This document shows, piece after piece, positions 8,433 to 18,598 of a DNA stretch of 57,986 bases. The notes under the pieces are model-generated. The model worked only from the letters and a program-made list of their open reading frames with translations. It did not search any database and had not been told where the DNA came from. Source of the stretch: an uncultured Thermoanaerobaculia bacterium (GTDB lineage Bacteria; Acidobacteriota; Thermoanaerobaculia; Thermoanaerobaculales; Sulfomarinibacteraceae); contig CAZMED010000002.1 in the NCBI GenBank assembly GCA_964565045.1, forward strand, positions 1 through 57,986, given 5' to 3'. The position numbers and the translations under genes were made by a program. Positions within the stretch are counted from its first letter, which is position 1. Each line of letters opens with the position of its first letter.

Positions 8433-8804
8433 TCACGGTGCATTGGTTCCCTTCCGCCCGTAGCGGTCGTCGAGACGTACCACGTCGTCGAGGTGGTTGG
8501 TCGACACCTCGAGGAGGCGGCAGTCGGTGGCCGCCACCATGCGGTGCAGCTCCCGCGGTGCGACGTGGAACACGTCCCCGCTCTGCAGGCGCTGACTCTG
8601 CAGGCGGTCGACCGCCGCACCGGACACCATCTCGAGCTCGCCGTCGAGTACCCGCAGGGTCTCTTCCTTGCGCTCGTGGTACTGGAGGCTCAGCGCCTCT
8701 CCTCGACGGATGAAGAGAATCTTCCCGACGTAGCCCTCGGTCTCGGCAAAGATCTCCTCGTGCCCCCACGGTTTCTCGACCAAGCGTGCTTTGCGGATTC
8801 CCAT
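8433..8804 (-). CDS. cupin-domain protein (mannose-6-phosphate isomerase type II C-terminal-like)
   Basis: 123-aa 3' portion of the tracked ORF (KPWGHEEIFAETEGYVGKILFIRRGEALSLQYHERKEETL..GDVFHV) has a cupin signature. The rest of the 611-aa ORF is an artefact overlapping ptsI. Confidence 0.65.
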   Translation of the reverse strand: MGIRKARLVEKPWGHEEIFAETEGYVGKILFIRRGEALSLQYHERKEETLRVLDGELEMVSGAAVDRLQSQRLQSGDVFHVAPRELHRMVAATDCRLLEVSTNHLDDVVRLDDRYGRKGTNAP

Positions 8805-8812
8805 ACCCGTCC

Positions 8813-10579
8813 CTACACGTGAATTTTGTTCCTGGCGAGCAGGAAGGCAAGCCGTTCGAGGAGGTACTCCTCGACGTCCCGGGCGGTCACCATCTGCAGC
8901 GCGCGGCGCGCGATCTGGGCCGACTCGCGGAACGAGAGGTGGCGCACCAGACCGCGCACCACCGGGATCGAGTGCGGGTTGACGCTGAACTTCTCGAGCC
9001 CGAGCCCGATGAGCACCGGGACCATCAGCGGATCGGCGGCCATCTCCCCGCACATCGAGACATCCACCCGCTCCTCGCGCCCCGCCGCGATCACCTCGGC
9101 GATCAGCCGCAGGATCGCCGGGCTGGTCGGCTTGTACAGTCCCGCCACCAGGTTGTTCGAGCGGTCGACGGCGAGCACGTACTGAATCAGGTCGTTCGTG
9201 CCGATGGAGAGGAAGTCCACCTCGCGGGCGAGCTCGCGCGCCATCACCGCGGCCGACGGCACCTCGACCATGGCTCCGAGGGGCACCTCGGCGTGGGTGG
9301 GGTGGCCGGCCGCAGCGAGCTCCGCGGTAATCTCCCGCACCAGGAGGCGCACGATGCGGAACTCCTCGATGCCACTGATCAAAGGGAACAGGATGCGGAC
9401 CCGACCAAGCGGAAACTCGCCGGCAACCCTCAGGATGGCGCGCAGCTGCGTGCGGAAGAACTCGGGCTGTGAGAAGCACAGGCGGATGCCGCGGAGCCCC
9501 AGCACCGGATTGGCCTCGTCCCCCCCGCCGATGATCTCGCGCGCCAGCTTGCGGCCTCCGAGGTCGAAGGTCCGAATGGTGACCGAAGCCTCCCCCATCT
9601 TCGAGACCATCTCGCGATAGGTCTGCAGGTGCTGCTTCTCCGTCGGCAGGGCGGGGCTCATCAGCATGTAGAGGAACTCGGAGCGGTAGAGGCCGACCCC
9701 GGAAGCGTTCCACATCAGGGCCTTGTCGACCTCCGCCGGGAGCTCGATGTTGGCGTGGAGCTCGATCGCGCGTCCGTCGCGGGTAACGGTCGGCAGGCTG
9801 CGCATGTGCAGCAGGGCGGACTGCTGCTCCCGGTACTCGCGCTGGCGCGACTGGTACTCGGAGAGATCGGCCGGATTGGGGTCGAAGACGATCTTGCCTT
9901 CGAAGGCGTCGAGCGCCAGCAGACGCGAGCGTTTGGCCTGCTCGCAGGCGCCCGCGGCGCCGACGATGACCGGGATGCCGAGCGAGCGCGCGATGATCGT
10001 GGTGTGGGAGGTCGGGCCGCCCATCTCGAGGGCGAAGCCGAGCATCTTGTCGAGAGGCAGCTGGACGGCGGCCGATGGCGGCAGGTCGTCGGCGACGAGG
10101 ATCACGGGCCGGTCGAGCTTGTCGAGCTGCCCGAGGTCGATGCCGTGCAGCGCTCCCAGGATCTGGGTCGCGACGTCGAGCACGTCGAGCTTGCGATCGG
10201 CGAGGTACTCGTCGGGCAGGGCCTCGAAGCGCGAGATCAGCTGCTGGAGCACCTGGTCGACCGCCCACCCGGCATTGACCCCGTCCTCTCGAATCACCTT
10301 CTCGACGGTCTCGGTGAAGGTGGGGTCGGAGGCGATCAGCTGGTGCGCCTCGAAGATGGCGGCGTACTCCTCCCCCATCTGCTGCGCCGCGCGGTCGCGG
10401 TTTTCCCTGATGCGCTCGATGGCGGTTGCAGTCGCGGCGTGAAACCGCGCGACCTCGGCCTCGATCCGTTCCGGAGGCACGGTGATCCGCAGGGTCGAGA
10501 TCGGCCGGGTCTCGTGGACCACCGGCTCACCGATCGCGATCCCCGGGCTCACGCCGAGGCCGGACAGGGCCTGGCTCAC
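8813..10579 (-). CDS. ptsI: phosphoenolpyruvate-protein phosphotransferase (PTS Enzyme I)
   Basis: 588 aa with the active-site His region GGPTSHTTIIARSLGIPVIVG and a C-terminal PEP-utilising domain (FLSIGTNDLIQY). Confidence 0.9.
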   Translation of the reverse strand: MSQALSGLGVSPGIAIGEPVVHETRPISTLRITVPPERIEAEVARFHAATATAIERIRENRDRAAQQMGEEYAAIFEAHQLIASDPTFTETVEKVIREDGVNAGWAVDQVLQQLISRFEALPDEYLADRKLDVLDVATQILGALHGIDLGQLDKLDRPVILVADDLPPSAAVQLPLDKMLGFALEMGGPTSHTTIIARSLGIPVIVGAAGACEQAKRSRLLALDAFEGKIVFDPNPADLSEYQSRQREYREQQSALLHMRSLPTVTRDGRAIELHANIELPAEVDKALMWNASGVGLYRSEFLYMLMSPALPTEKQHLQTYREMVSKMGEASVTIRTFDLGGRKLAREIIGGGDEANPVLGLRGIRLCFSQPEFFRTQLRAILRVAGEFPLGRVRILFPLISGIEEFRIVRLLVREITAELAAAGHPTHAEVPLGAMVEVPSAAVMARELAREVDFLSIGTNDLIQYVLAVDRSNNLVAGLYKPTSPAILRLIAEVIAAGREERVDVSMCGEMAADPLMVPVLIGLGLEKFSVNPHSIPVVRGLVRHLSFRESAQIARRALQMVTARDVEEYLLERLAFLLARNKIHV

Positions 10580-10845
10580 CGACCCTCTCCGAACTTGTCG
10601 GCGAAGAGGGCGGCGATCGCCCGCACGGCCGCTTCCTCGTCGATTCCCTCGGCACGGACGTTCAGCGGCGTGCCCTTGCTGGCGGCAAGGGTCAGGATCC
10701 CGAGAATCGACTTCGCGTTGACCTCTTCGTGGTCGGTCCCGATGTAGATCTCGGACTCGAACTCGCTGGCGGTGTGCACGAGCTTGGCCGCGGCTCGGGC
10801 GTGGAGGCCGAGCTTGTTGGTGATGATCACCTGCTCCCGTTTCAT
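10576..10845 (-). CDS. ptsH: phosphocarrier protein HPr
   Basis: 89 aa with the His15 context ITNKLGLHARAAAKLV and Ser46-like context (VNAKSILG). There is a 4-nt overlap with the ptsI start. Confidence 0.85.
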   Translation of the reverse strand: MKREQVIITNKLGLHARAAAKLVHTASEFESEIYIGTDHEEVNAKSILGILTLAASKGTPLNVRAEGIDEEAAVRAIAALFADKFGEGR

Positions 10846-10954
10846 TCCTGGCGACTCCTCGGTGGTTGAACTGCCGTGAGCAGGGTTGCGCGGCGCGGCC
10901 CCGACCTCGGCTCCTATTGTATCTGGGGTGCTTCCCGGCCGTGAGGGCCGATGC

Positions 10955-11374
10955 TCAGCCCGGCGACGACCTGGCGTTCAGGAACTCGCTCGCAACCTGG
11001 ATGCTCTTCTGGCCGGCGGCGGTGAGCCCAGCGGCGAGCTCCCGCAGCGGCATGGGGCGCGCCTTGAGCGAACCGAGCTTGACCAGCATCGGCAGATTGA
11101 CGCCGGTCACGACCTCGACCTTGTCGGGCTCCAGGAACGGCAGCGCGAGATTGGTGGCGGTGCCTCCGAACATGTCGGTCAGAATGAGCGCGCCCTCGCC
11201 GCGGTCGAGCTCGCGCAGCAGCCTCTTGAGCGAACGGCTGGCCTCGTCGGAGTCCACGTCCCACGGCAAGGACATGGCGGAGGTCATCTCGCTCAGGTTG
11301 GGGTCGATCGTACACGCAGCCTGGAGGAGTTCGTTGGCGAGGTTGCCGTGGGTGAGGACGAGGACCGGGATCAT
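10955..11374 (-). CDS. PTS EIIA component, mannose/fructose/sorbose family
   Basis: 139 aa. The N-terminal MIPVLVLTHGNLANELL matches the EIIA-Man phospho-His loop, and DMFGGT.. is also present. Confidence 0.8.
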   Translation of the reverse strand: MIPVLVLTHGNLANELLQAACTIDPNLSEMTSAMSLPWDVDSDEASRSLKRLLRELDRGEGALILTDMFGGTATNLALPFLEPDKVEVVTGVNLPMLVKLGSLKARPMPLRELAAGLTAAGQKSIQVASEFLNARSSPG

Positions 11375-12252
11375 GACGAGTACCTCCAGCGTTCCTTGTC
11401 GCGGTGGTGCACGACCACCTCATGGCCGGCCCCGGCGAGCTCGCGCGCCACCCTTTCGGCCGCGTAGACCGATCGGTGCTTGCCGCCGGTACAGCCGAAC
11501 GCGATCCCGAGGTGCGTCTTCATTTCCTTGACGTACCTCGGCAGCAGGAACGATACCAGGTCCATGATGCGGCTGACCGCCTCCTCGACCTCGGGGTAGG
11601 CGTCGAGCCAGGCCTTGACTTCGTCGTTGTCCCCCGACAGCGCCCGGAGCTCCTGCACGAAGAACGGATTGGGGAGGAACCTCACGTCGAACACCAGGCT
11701 CGCGGTGGCGGGGACCCCCTGCATGTAGGAGAAGCTCTGCACCTCGATGGTGAGCCGCGACCGGCGGTCGTCATCGCCGCCGAGGGTCTGGACCTGCCGC
11801 CTCAGATCGTGCGGCGACAGGTTCGTGGTGTCGATGATCAGGTCGGCGAGCTCGCGGAACTCGGCCAGCGCGGACCGCTCCTCGGTGATGGCCCTCTCCA
11901 GCGTCAGCTCGCGCAGCGGGTGCGGCCGGCGGGCGACCGAGAATCGCCGCAACAGGATTTCCGGGGAGGCCTCCACGAACACCAGTCGGACGCCCGGGTA
12001 CGTGCTCCTGAGCTCTCTGAAGAACTCCGGAAAGAGCTGGATCATGCCCCGGGTACGGACGTCGAGCACCACCACCAGACGGTCCTTCTCCTCCTCGGTG
12101 CGGGCGAAGAGGAGAGGCACGAGCTCGAGCGGGATGTTGTCTACGCAGAGGTAGCCGATGTCCTCGAGGCTGCGGCTGAGCAGCGTCTTGCCGGCGCCGG
12201 AGAGCCCGGTGATCACGAACGGACCGCTGAAGGTGGACTCAGCCGCCGTCAC
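11371..12252 (-). CDS. rapZ: RNase adapter / nucleotide-binding protein RapZ (YhbJ family)
   Basis: P-loop ITGLSGAGKT at the N-terminus, C-terminal FGCTGGKHRS motif and the right length (293 aa). It lies in the rpoN-ptsN neighbourhood. Confidence 0.85.
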   Translation of the reverse strand: MTAAESTFSGPFVITGLSGAGKTLLSRSLEDIGYLCVDNIPLELVPLLFARTEEEKDRLVVVLDVRTRGMIQLFPEFFRELRSTYPGVRLVFVEASPEILLRRFSVARRPHPLRELTLERAITEERSALAEFRELADLIIDTTNLSPHDLRRQVQTLGGDDDRRSRLTIEVQSFSYMQGVPATASLVFDVRFLPNPFFVQELRALSGDNDEVKAWLDAYPEVEEAVSRIMDLVSFLLPRYVKEMKTHLGIAFGCTGGKHRSVYAAERVARELAGAGHEVVVHHRDKERWRYSS

Positions 12253-13231
12253 GGTGACCGCCCTGGGCCATCAGGTTGACGTTCTCGAGGAAACCGCGCT
12301 CGTCCTGGATCCCCCGCTGCGCCAGCAGGCACTTGCGCACCGCAGTCTCGACCATGATCGCGAGGTCGCGGCCCGGCGCCACCACCATGGTGTACTTCGG
12401 GACCTCGACGCCCAGGATCTCCTGGGTCGATGTCCACGCGCTGGGGCGCTCCATCATCTCCTCGCGCCACCGCTGCTCCATCTCCCGCGCCTGGGGTGTC
12501 AGCTTGGTGAGCTGGATGACCAGCGACACCGACACCGCCGGCGAGGTGGCGGTCATGCCGAAGTGCTTGCGGACGTCGATGATTCCGACGCCGCGCAGCT
12601 CGAGGTAGTTCTCGAGCAGCTCGTGCGGGCCGCCGAGGAGGCCGTGGTGGTGGGTGCGCCGGATGACCACCGTGTCGTCGGCGACAAGGCGGTGTCCCCG
12701 GTACACGAGCTCCAGCGCACACTCGCTCTTGCCGATGCCCGGGTCGCCGATGATCAGGGTACCGAGCGAGAACACGTCGATCAGCACGCCGTGCAGCTGG
12801 ACCCGCGGTGCCAGGGTGTCCTCGAGGTAGTCGGAGATCAGCTCGATGGCCTCGGCGGTCTTGACCGGCGTGACCAGGAGCGGGACCTCGGCCGCGTCGG
12901 CGGCCTCGCAGACGCCGGGGCTCGGGCGCTTGCCCTTGGTCGACACGACGCACGGCACCTCGAGCTGCATCAGGCAGGCGAGCCGGCGTTCGGCCTCGGC
13001 CTCGGGAAAGGTGGCCAGGAAGTCGTACTCCGATTCGCCGAGAATCTGCAGCCGTCCGGCCTTGACGTACGGGAGGTAGCCGGCCAGGGCGAGGCCCGGT
13101 TTCTGGATGCGCGGGTTGGAGATTCGGCGGCGGGCCAGGCCCCCTTCGCCGGCCACGACCTCGAGGCGGAGCGGCGCGAGCCGCTTCTCCTCGAGGAGCA
13201 GCGAGACCGGCGTCGCCCGCGGAGCGGTCAC
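12239..13231 (-). CDS. hprK: HPr kinase/phosphorylase
   Basis: Walker A GDPGIGKSECALELVYRGHRLVADD and the signature LELRGVGIIDV. Confidence 0.9.
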   Translation of the reverse strand: MTAPRATPVSLLLEEKRLAPLRLEVVAGEGGLARRRISNPRIQKPGLALAGYLPYVKAGRLQILGESEYDFLATFPEAEAERRLACLMQLEVPCVVSTKGKRPSPGVCEAADAAEVPLLVTPVKTAEAIELISDYLEDTLAPRVQLHGVLIDVFSLGTLIIGDPGIGKSECALELVYRGHRLVADDTVVIRRTHHHGLLGGPHELLENYLELRGVGIIDVRKHFGMTATSPAVSVSLVIQLTKLTPQAREMEQRWREEMMERPSAWTSTQEILGVEVPKYTMVVAPGRDLAIMVETAVRKCLLAQRGIQDERGFLENVNLMAQGGHRDGG

Positions 13232-13692
13232 AGCCCCTCCGCGGCGGCAGTCTCGCAGACAGCCTCGGCGACCTCTTCCGCGGTGGCCGCCGCCAGCAGC
13301 GCCGACCGGAGGTCGCGGCGCTTGAGGACGCGTGCGATCTGCGAAAGGACCTGCAGGTGCGCGGCCGGCTGGTCCGGCGGCGACAGAACCACGAACATGA
13401 ATGAAACCGGCGTTCCGCTGCCGTCACCGAAGTCGACCCCCGTCCGCAGACGGGCGAGCGAGATGGCGATCGTCCTCAGCCCCTGCAGCTTGCAGTGCGG
13501 AATCGCGAAGCCCTCCCCGACCGTGGTCGAACCGAGTGCCTCCCGCGCCAGCAGGCCCTCGACCAGCTCTTTCCGGTCCAGGTCGAGCGCCGGCGCCCAG
13601 CGCTCGGCAACCGCCGCCAGGGCGGACCGCACATCCTCGGCTTCGATGCCGAGGAAGACGTTCCCGGGGTCGATCAGGTTGTGGATCTTCAT
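13228..13692 (-). CDS. ptsN: PTS EIIA-Ntr (nitrogen regulatory IIA)
   Basis: 154 aa of the EIIA-Fru/Ntr type with the active His context GEGFAIPHCK. Positioned between hpf and hprK. Confidence 0.85.
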   Translation of the reverse strand: MKIHNLIDPGNVFLGIEAEDVRSALAAVAERWAPALDLDRKELVEGLLAREALGSTTVGEGFAIPHCKLQGLRTIAISLARLRTGVDFGDGSGTPVSFMFVVLSPPDQPAAHLQVLSQIARVLKRRDLRSALLAAATAEEVAEAVCETAAAEGL

Positions 13693-14240
13693 TCCAGCTC
13701 GGGAGTGATCAATCCCAGGTTTCTGTCATCGCGCCGGTACAGGACGTTGATCCGATCGGTGGAGGCATTGCGGAAGACCAGGAAGCCCTGCCCGAGGTCG
13801 TCGAGTTGGAGGACCGCCTCCTCGATCGACATCGGCTTGATGGCGATCGAGCTGCGCTCGACGATCCGCGGCTCGCCGGAGGCGATCGACTCGGTCTCGA
13901 GCACGTCGAGCGTCCATCCCTGATCGACCTTGGCTTCCGAGCCGGCGCGTTTCTTGTGGTCCTTGAGTCGCGCTTTCGCGCGCCGAGCCTGGATCTCCAG
14001 CTTGTCCACCGCCTCCTGAATGGCGGCCATCATGTCCTTGTTCTGGGTCCTCGACTGGACGTCGAAGTCCTTGCCCTTGATCGACAGATCGACGACGTGC
14101 AGGTGGCGCTCGAGGCCGACCTCCAGCCGGATGTCCAGGATGTCGTTGAAGTACTTGGAGATCTTGGCCAGCTTCTTCTCGGCCAGCTGCTTCGATTGAT
14201 CGGTCAGGACGACTTTGCGGGCGATGTAGTCGACTTTCAT
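13689..14240 (-). CDS. hpf: ribosome hibernation promoting factor, long form
   Basis: 183 aa with an N-terminal sigma54-modulation/RaiA domain (KLAKISKYF..) and a C-terminal dimerisation domain (FLVFRNASTDRINVLYRRDD). Lies directly downstream of rpoN. Confidence 0.85.
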   Translation of the reverse strand: MKVDYIARKVVLTDQSKQLAEKKLAKISKYFNDILDIRLEVGLERHLHVVDLSIKGKDFDVQSRTQNKDMMAAIQEAVDKLEIQARRAKARLKDHKKRAGSEAKVDQGWTLDVLETESIASGEPRIVERSSIAIKPMSIEEAVLQLDDLGQGFLVFRNASTDRINVLYRRDDRNLGLITPELE

Positions 14241-14253
14241 GCCATTCTCCCGT

Positions 14254-15747
14254 TCAGAATATCTTCTTCCGCTTGTCGGACGAGGGGATCATCATCTCCT
14301 CGCGGTACTTGGCGACGGTGCGCCGCGCGAGCCTGATGCCTTCCTTCTGCAGCATCCGCATGATCTTGGAATCCGACAGAGGCCTCTCCGGATCTTCGGC
14401 CTCGATCAGCTTCCGGATCCGCTCCTTGACCACCATCGACGAGATGTTCTCGCCCCGCGCGGAGTCCACCCCGGAGTGGAAGAAGTACTTCATCGGGAAC
14501 ATCCCACGCGGGGTGTACATGTACTTGTTGCTGACCACCCGGGAGATCGTCGACTCGTGCATGCCGATGTCCTCGGCCACCTGGCGTAGAACCATCGGCC
14601 GCAGGTGCTCGATCCCGTGGTCGAGAAAGTCGCTCTGGAAGCTGACGATGCTCTGCGCCACCTTGTAGATGGTGCGCTGGCGCTGATCGATGCTCTTCAT
14701 CAGCCACAGCGCCGAGCGCATCTTGTCCCGCAGGTAGTCGCTGGCCTGCGGATCCAGGCTACGGCCCTTGAGCAGGTTGTGGTACCGGGAGTTGATGCGC
14801 AGCCGGGGAAGACCGTCGTCGTTGAGCGTGATGACGTGCTCTCCGTCCACTTTCCGCACGTAGACGTCGGGCTCGATGTACTGGTTGTCGTCCCGGGTGT
14901 AGGCGCGCCCGGGCTTCGGCTCCAGGCTCTGGATGACGTCCAGGATCGGCCGCAGCTCCGCGACCTCCGCACACCCGATCGCCGCCGCGAGCGGGTCCCA
15001 GCGCTGGTGCAGGAGATCGTCCCAGCAGTTCGAGATCGCCAGCCAGGCCCGCTCCAGCACCTCGATCTGCTCGGGCTCCGTGCCGTCCCGCAGCAGCTGC
15101 TTCACCTGCGCCGCCAGGCACTCCTGGAGATTCGAAGCCGCGATCCCCGGCGGGTCGAGCGAGCGCACCACCTCGACGGCGGTCATGGCGCAGGCCTCGC
15201 CGCAGCCCGTCCCATCCATGATCTCCTCGGTCGAGGCTCGCAGGAAACCGTCCTCGTCGAGGTTGCCGATGATGAACTCGCACGCCTCCAGGATCTCCGT
15301 CGGACAGTCGAGGAGATGGAGCTGCCACAGCAGGTGGTCGTACAGGCTGCCGCTCGCGGAGACGATGTTCTCGAGCCGGTTGTCCTGCTCGGTCGACGGC
15401 GCCGACATCGACGGGCCCTCGCTGCGGGCGTCGCCGAGGTAATCGGCGAAGAAGGCCTCGACGTCGATGTCGGCGTAGGTCTCCTCCTCCGAAGGAAGTC
15501 CGTCGTCCGCCGGCGCCGCGGTCTCGGCGGTCGCCTCCTCCGCGGCGCCGTCGAGCGGGCCTTCGCCGGCGACCGCGTCGTCGGCCGGCTCGTCGTCCTC
15601 GAGCATCGGGTTCTCGAGGATCTCCTGCGCGAGGGTCTCCTCGAGCTCCAGCCGCGACAGCTGGAGCAGCTTGATCGCCTGCTGCAGCGACGGTGTCATC
15701 ACCAGCCGCTGCGCCAGCTTCAAGCGGAGTTTCTGTTCCAATGCCAT
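14254..15747 (-). CDS. rpoN: RNA polymerase sigma-54 factor
   Basis: Start at MALEQKLRLKLAQRLVMTPSLQQAIKLLQLS (region I). The C-terminal RpoN box ARRTVAKYRE and the HTH (HESTISRVV) are present. Confidence 0.9.
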   Translation of the reverse strand: MALEQKLRLKLAQRLVMTPSLQQAIKLLQLSRLELEETLAQEILENPMLEDDEPADDAVAGEGPLDGAAEEATAETAAPADDGLPSEEETYADIDVEAFFADYLGDARSEGPSMSAPSTEQDNRLENIVSASGSLYDHLLWQLHLLDCPTEILEACEFIIGNLDEDGFLRASTEEIMDGTGCGEACAMTAVEVVRSLDPPGIAASNLQECLAAQVKQLLRDGTEPEQIEVLERAWLAISNCWDDLLHQRWDPLAAAIGCAEVAELRPILDVIQSLEPKPGRAYTRDDNQYIEPDVYVRKVDGEHVITLNDDGLPRLRINSRYHNLLKGRSLDPQASDYLRDKMRSALWLMKSIDQRQRTIYKVAQSIVSFQSDFLDHGIEHLRPMVLRQVAEDIGMHESTISRVVSNKYMYTPRGMFPMKYFFHSGVDSARGENISSMVVKERIRKLIEAEDPERPLSDSKIMRMLQKEGIRLARRTVAKYREEMMIPSSDKRKKIF

Positions 15748-15826
15748 CTCGTTCCAGCACCTCGTCAGCGACGGGCGGCCGTGTCGCGCTTCACGGGACC
15801 CGGCGGCGGCTTCGAGCCTTCGCGGC

Positions 15827-16561
15827 TCAGAGTCTGAAGTCCTCGCCGAGGTAGATTCGACGCACATCCAGGTTTTCAGACAGATCGACGGGCTCGCCCG
15901 TAGCAAAAATCTTGCCGTCTTTGATTATATAGGCCCGATCCGTGATCTTCAACGTCTCGCGGACGTTGTGATCCGTAATTAAAACGCCTATTCCCAATGA
16001 CTTGAGCCTTCGGATGATGCGCTGGAGGTCGAGCACCGCGAGCGGGTCGATGCCGGCGAAGGGCTCGTCGAGGAGGATGAAGGTCGGTTCGGTGGCCAGC
16101 GCGCGCGCGACCTCGAGCCGCCGGCGTTCGCCGCCGGAGAGGGTCTCGGCGCGCTGCCCGTGCAGGTTGGCGAGGCCGAAGTCCTCGAGCAGGTTCCGGA
16201 TCCGGCGGTGCGCCTCCTTGGCGTCGACGCCGAGCGCCTCGAGGATCAGCCAGATGTTGTCCTCGACCGTCAGCCGACGAAACGAGCTCGGTTCCTGGGC
16301 CAGGTAGGAGACGCCCATGCGCGCGCGGCGGTACATCGGCTCGTGGGTGATCTCCCGGTCGCCGAGGATGACCCGCCCCTCGTCGGGGCGCACCAATCCG
16401 ACCATCATGTAGAAGGTGGTGGTCTTCCCTGCACCGTTGGGCCCCAGCAGCCCGACGATTTCTCCCGGCGCGATGTCGAGGGTGATGTCATCGACCACCC
16501 AGCGCCCGCGGTAGGCCTTGCGCAAGCCCTTCGCCGCCAGGTCGAGCGCTTTCGGGCTCAA
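15827..16561 (-). CDS. lptB: LPS export ABC transporter ATP-binding protein LptB
   Basis: Walker [10 protein letters not shown], signature [13 protein letters not shown] and Walker [10 protein letters not shown]. There is no in-frame ATG, so the start is proposed at TTG 16561-16559, overlapping the upstream TGA (TTGA). This gives 244 aa. The rest of the 604-aa tracked ORF is an artefact. Confidence 0.88.
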   Translation of the reverse strand: MSPKALDLAAKGLRKAYRGRWVVDDITLDIAPGEIVGLLGPNGAGKTTTFYMMVGLVRPDEGRVILGDREITHEPMYRRARMGVSYLAQEPSSFRRLTVEDNIWLILEALGVDAKEAHRRIRNLLEDFGLANLHGQRAETLSGGERRRLEVARALATEPTFILLDEPFAGIDPLAVLDLQRIIRRLKSLGIGVLITDHNVRETLKITDRAYIIKDGKIFATGEPVDLSENLDVRRIYLGEDFRL

Positions 16562-18510
16562 GGCCGCTCCTCCGGGAAGTAGATGGTCTCGGTCCCTCCG
16601 GTGACCGAGACCGTACCATCGGCCTGATTCCAGGTCAACGAAGAACCAGAGACCTCGTTGCCGCGGGGGTCGGCGATCTTCACCGGCGAGCCGGTCACCG
16701 TCACCAGCTGGGTGCTGGTCTCGCGCCGAGCGAACTGCCCGGTCATTCGACGCCCGGTCTCCAGGATGACGATCTCCACCGCCCCGACAGCCTCCACCGC
16801 CGCGATGTCGTCGTGGTCGTCGAAGAAAATGCTCAGCTCGGCCGCAGCCAGCGTATGCTCCGGGTCCGAGTACCGGACGTTGCCGCGGTACACCGCCGAG
16901 GCCGCGGCCTGGTCGTAGTCGAGCGACCTGGCCACGACCACGACGTCCGCGCCGGGGTCCCCCTCGACCCCGAACTCGGTGGCCGGAAGCGTCGTTCGAA
17001 CGTGACCCGAGGCGCGCAGGCTCACCGGATCGGCGTGGCGGAGGACCACGTCGTCGGCGAGCAGCAGGCGGTGTCCCTGCCACAGCCGGGCCGATCCGCT
17101 CAGGTGGTAGACCCCGCCTTCCTCCGTCACCTCGAGCGTGTCGCTGGCGAAGTGCGCGGGCTGGCTGGCCGCGGCGTCGGCGCCGCCCACCAGTGACACG
17201 TCGCGAATCTCGCCCTGCACGTTGCCGCGGGCCTCGGACCTCCCCTCGCGGTTGAAGAGCTGCGCCTGATCGCAGCTCAGCCGCCCCCGCTCGGACGTCA
17301 GCAGCACCCGTTCCGGTCCGGTGGGGTCGCCGTGCAGCATGACCAGGCCGGCCTGCGGCGCCATGCGCGCCCGGTGCCCCCTTGCCTCCACGCCCTCGCT
17401 GCGGACCACGACATTGCGCAGCAGCTCCACGTCCGTCGCGCTGCCGTCGGCGAACCACACCCGGGCGGCAACGGACTCTCCCAGTCGGACCGCGCCCTCG
17501 GTCGGGACCTCGCGAATGCAGACGCCTCCCTCCGCGCGCAGGTTGACGAGCCCTTCCTGACCGAGTGCGGCGCGAATGACCCAGCTCTCCAGCTCGCGCT
17601 CGAAGTAGCCCTCGCCGCCGAGGAAGCGCACCCGCACCCACGGTCCGGTGGTCGTGGCGTCGACCTGCCAGCGCCCGGCGCCGTCGCGGACGGCGACGAC
17701 CCTCTCCATCCAGGCCTCGAGTTCGCCGAGGCCGTCCGGCGTCAGCGAGCGGGCCTCGACCCCGCCCGACATCTCGACCCTCCGCGGCGGGCCGTCGCCG
17801 GGCTCGAGGTGGGCCGCCATCTCCGGCGCCTCGATCCGGGTTTCCGCGAAGCGGAGCTCGGCACCCTCGGGGAAGGCCACCCTGCCCCGGGTGCGCTCGT
17901 AGACCGTCCGCGGAGCGATCAGGGTGGCGCCGTCTCCGGTGTGGAGGGTGGTCCCCCCGTCGAGGACGATCTCATCCCGCTCGAGGTCGTAGCTGGCGCT
18001 CCCCGCCCGGCCGAAGGTCGCGCCGGAGACGAATCGCACCTCCGCGCCGGCCCTGAAGACGCGCGAGCTCGCAGAGAAGCTGCCGGCGTCGGTGGTCAGG
18101 CTGGCGCCGCTCGGCAGCTCCAGGCGCACGCTCCCCGCGAGCTCCGCGTCCCGCGTCTGGATGTTGAACCGCGCGCCGTCGCAGGTCAGGACCGGCCCCG
18201 GCTCACCGTCGCGGTAGAACTGCAGGCGCACGCCCTCGATCTCGTGCCAGCCCGACGACAGGCCGAGGGTCCGCTTGGACATCAGTCGGAAGATCTCGCG
18301 CCCGGCAACCCTCTCGACGAACTCGAAACCCGTGTAGATGCCGACGGCCCGGTCGCCGTCGCCGTTGCCGATCTGGTCGCCGTCGAGCGCTTCGATCGGC
18401 GTCTGCAGGAGGCGCAGGCGGTCGGCGATGAAGCCGCCGAGGGTCAGGAGGAGGAGGAGGATACCGGCCGCGCTCACCCTGCGGATCCAGCGCCGCGATG
18501 CAACGCTCAT
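16558..18510 (-). CDS. membrane-anchored LptC/LptA (OstA-like) multi-domain protein
   Basis: Start at [26 protein letters not shown] (single TM anchor as in LptC). It is followed by ~600 aa of beta-rich repeats with OstA-like endings ([15 protein letters not shown]). It sits exactly where lptC-lptA lie upstream of lptB. Domain boundaries were not resolved. Confidence 0.55.
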   Translation of the reverse strand: MSVASRRWIRRVSAAGILLLLLTLGGFIADRLRLLQTPIEALDGDQIGNGDGDRAVGIYTGFEFVERVAGREIFRLMSKRTLGLSSGWHEIEGVRLQFYRDGEPGPVLTCDGARFNIQTRDAELAGSVRLELPSGASLTTDAGSFSASSRVFRAGAEVRFVSGATFGRAGSASYDLERDEIVLDGGTTLHTGDGATLIAPRTVYERTRGRVAFPEGAELRFAETRIEAPEMAAHLEPGDGPPRRVEMSGGVEARSLTPDGLGELEAWMERVVAVRDGAGRWQVDATTTGPWVRVRFLGGEGYFERELESWVIRAALGQEGLVNLRAEGGVCIREVPTEGAVRLGESVAARVWFADGSATDVELLRNVVVRSEGVEARGHRARMAPQAGLVMLHGDPTGPERVLLTSERGRLSCDQAQLFNREGRSEARGNVQGEIRDVSLVGGADAAASQPAHFASDTLEVTEEGGVYHLSGSARLWQGHRLLLADDVVLRHADPVSLRASGHVRTTLPATEFGVEGDPGADVVVVARSLDYDQAAASAVYRGNVRYSDPEHTLAAAELSIFFDDHDDIAAVEAVGAVEIVILETGRRMTGQFARRETSTQLVTVTGSPVKIADPRGNEVSGSSLTWNQADGTVSVTGGTETIYFPEERP

Positions 18511-18598
18511 CGCCGCCGCCCCGGAGGCGTCCGGGCCCCGCCGAGTGCGCGCCGCGTCGGGGACTGAAGCTCGCTGGAAGGGTGCATCGACTCGCCGA

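Noticed and set aside
8805-10268. N-terminal extensions of tracked ORFs (8433..10268, 15827..17641, 25568..27376, 5723..6613, 45002..49309, 14254..15906, 50145..50993)
   Set aside because: Only the 3' portions carry recognisable domains. The extensions overlap the neighbouring upstream gene and are Arg/Pro-rich. Starts were moved to internal ATG/GTG/TTG codons adjacent to the upstream stop.
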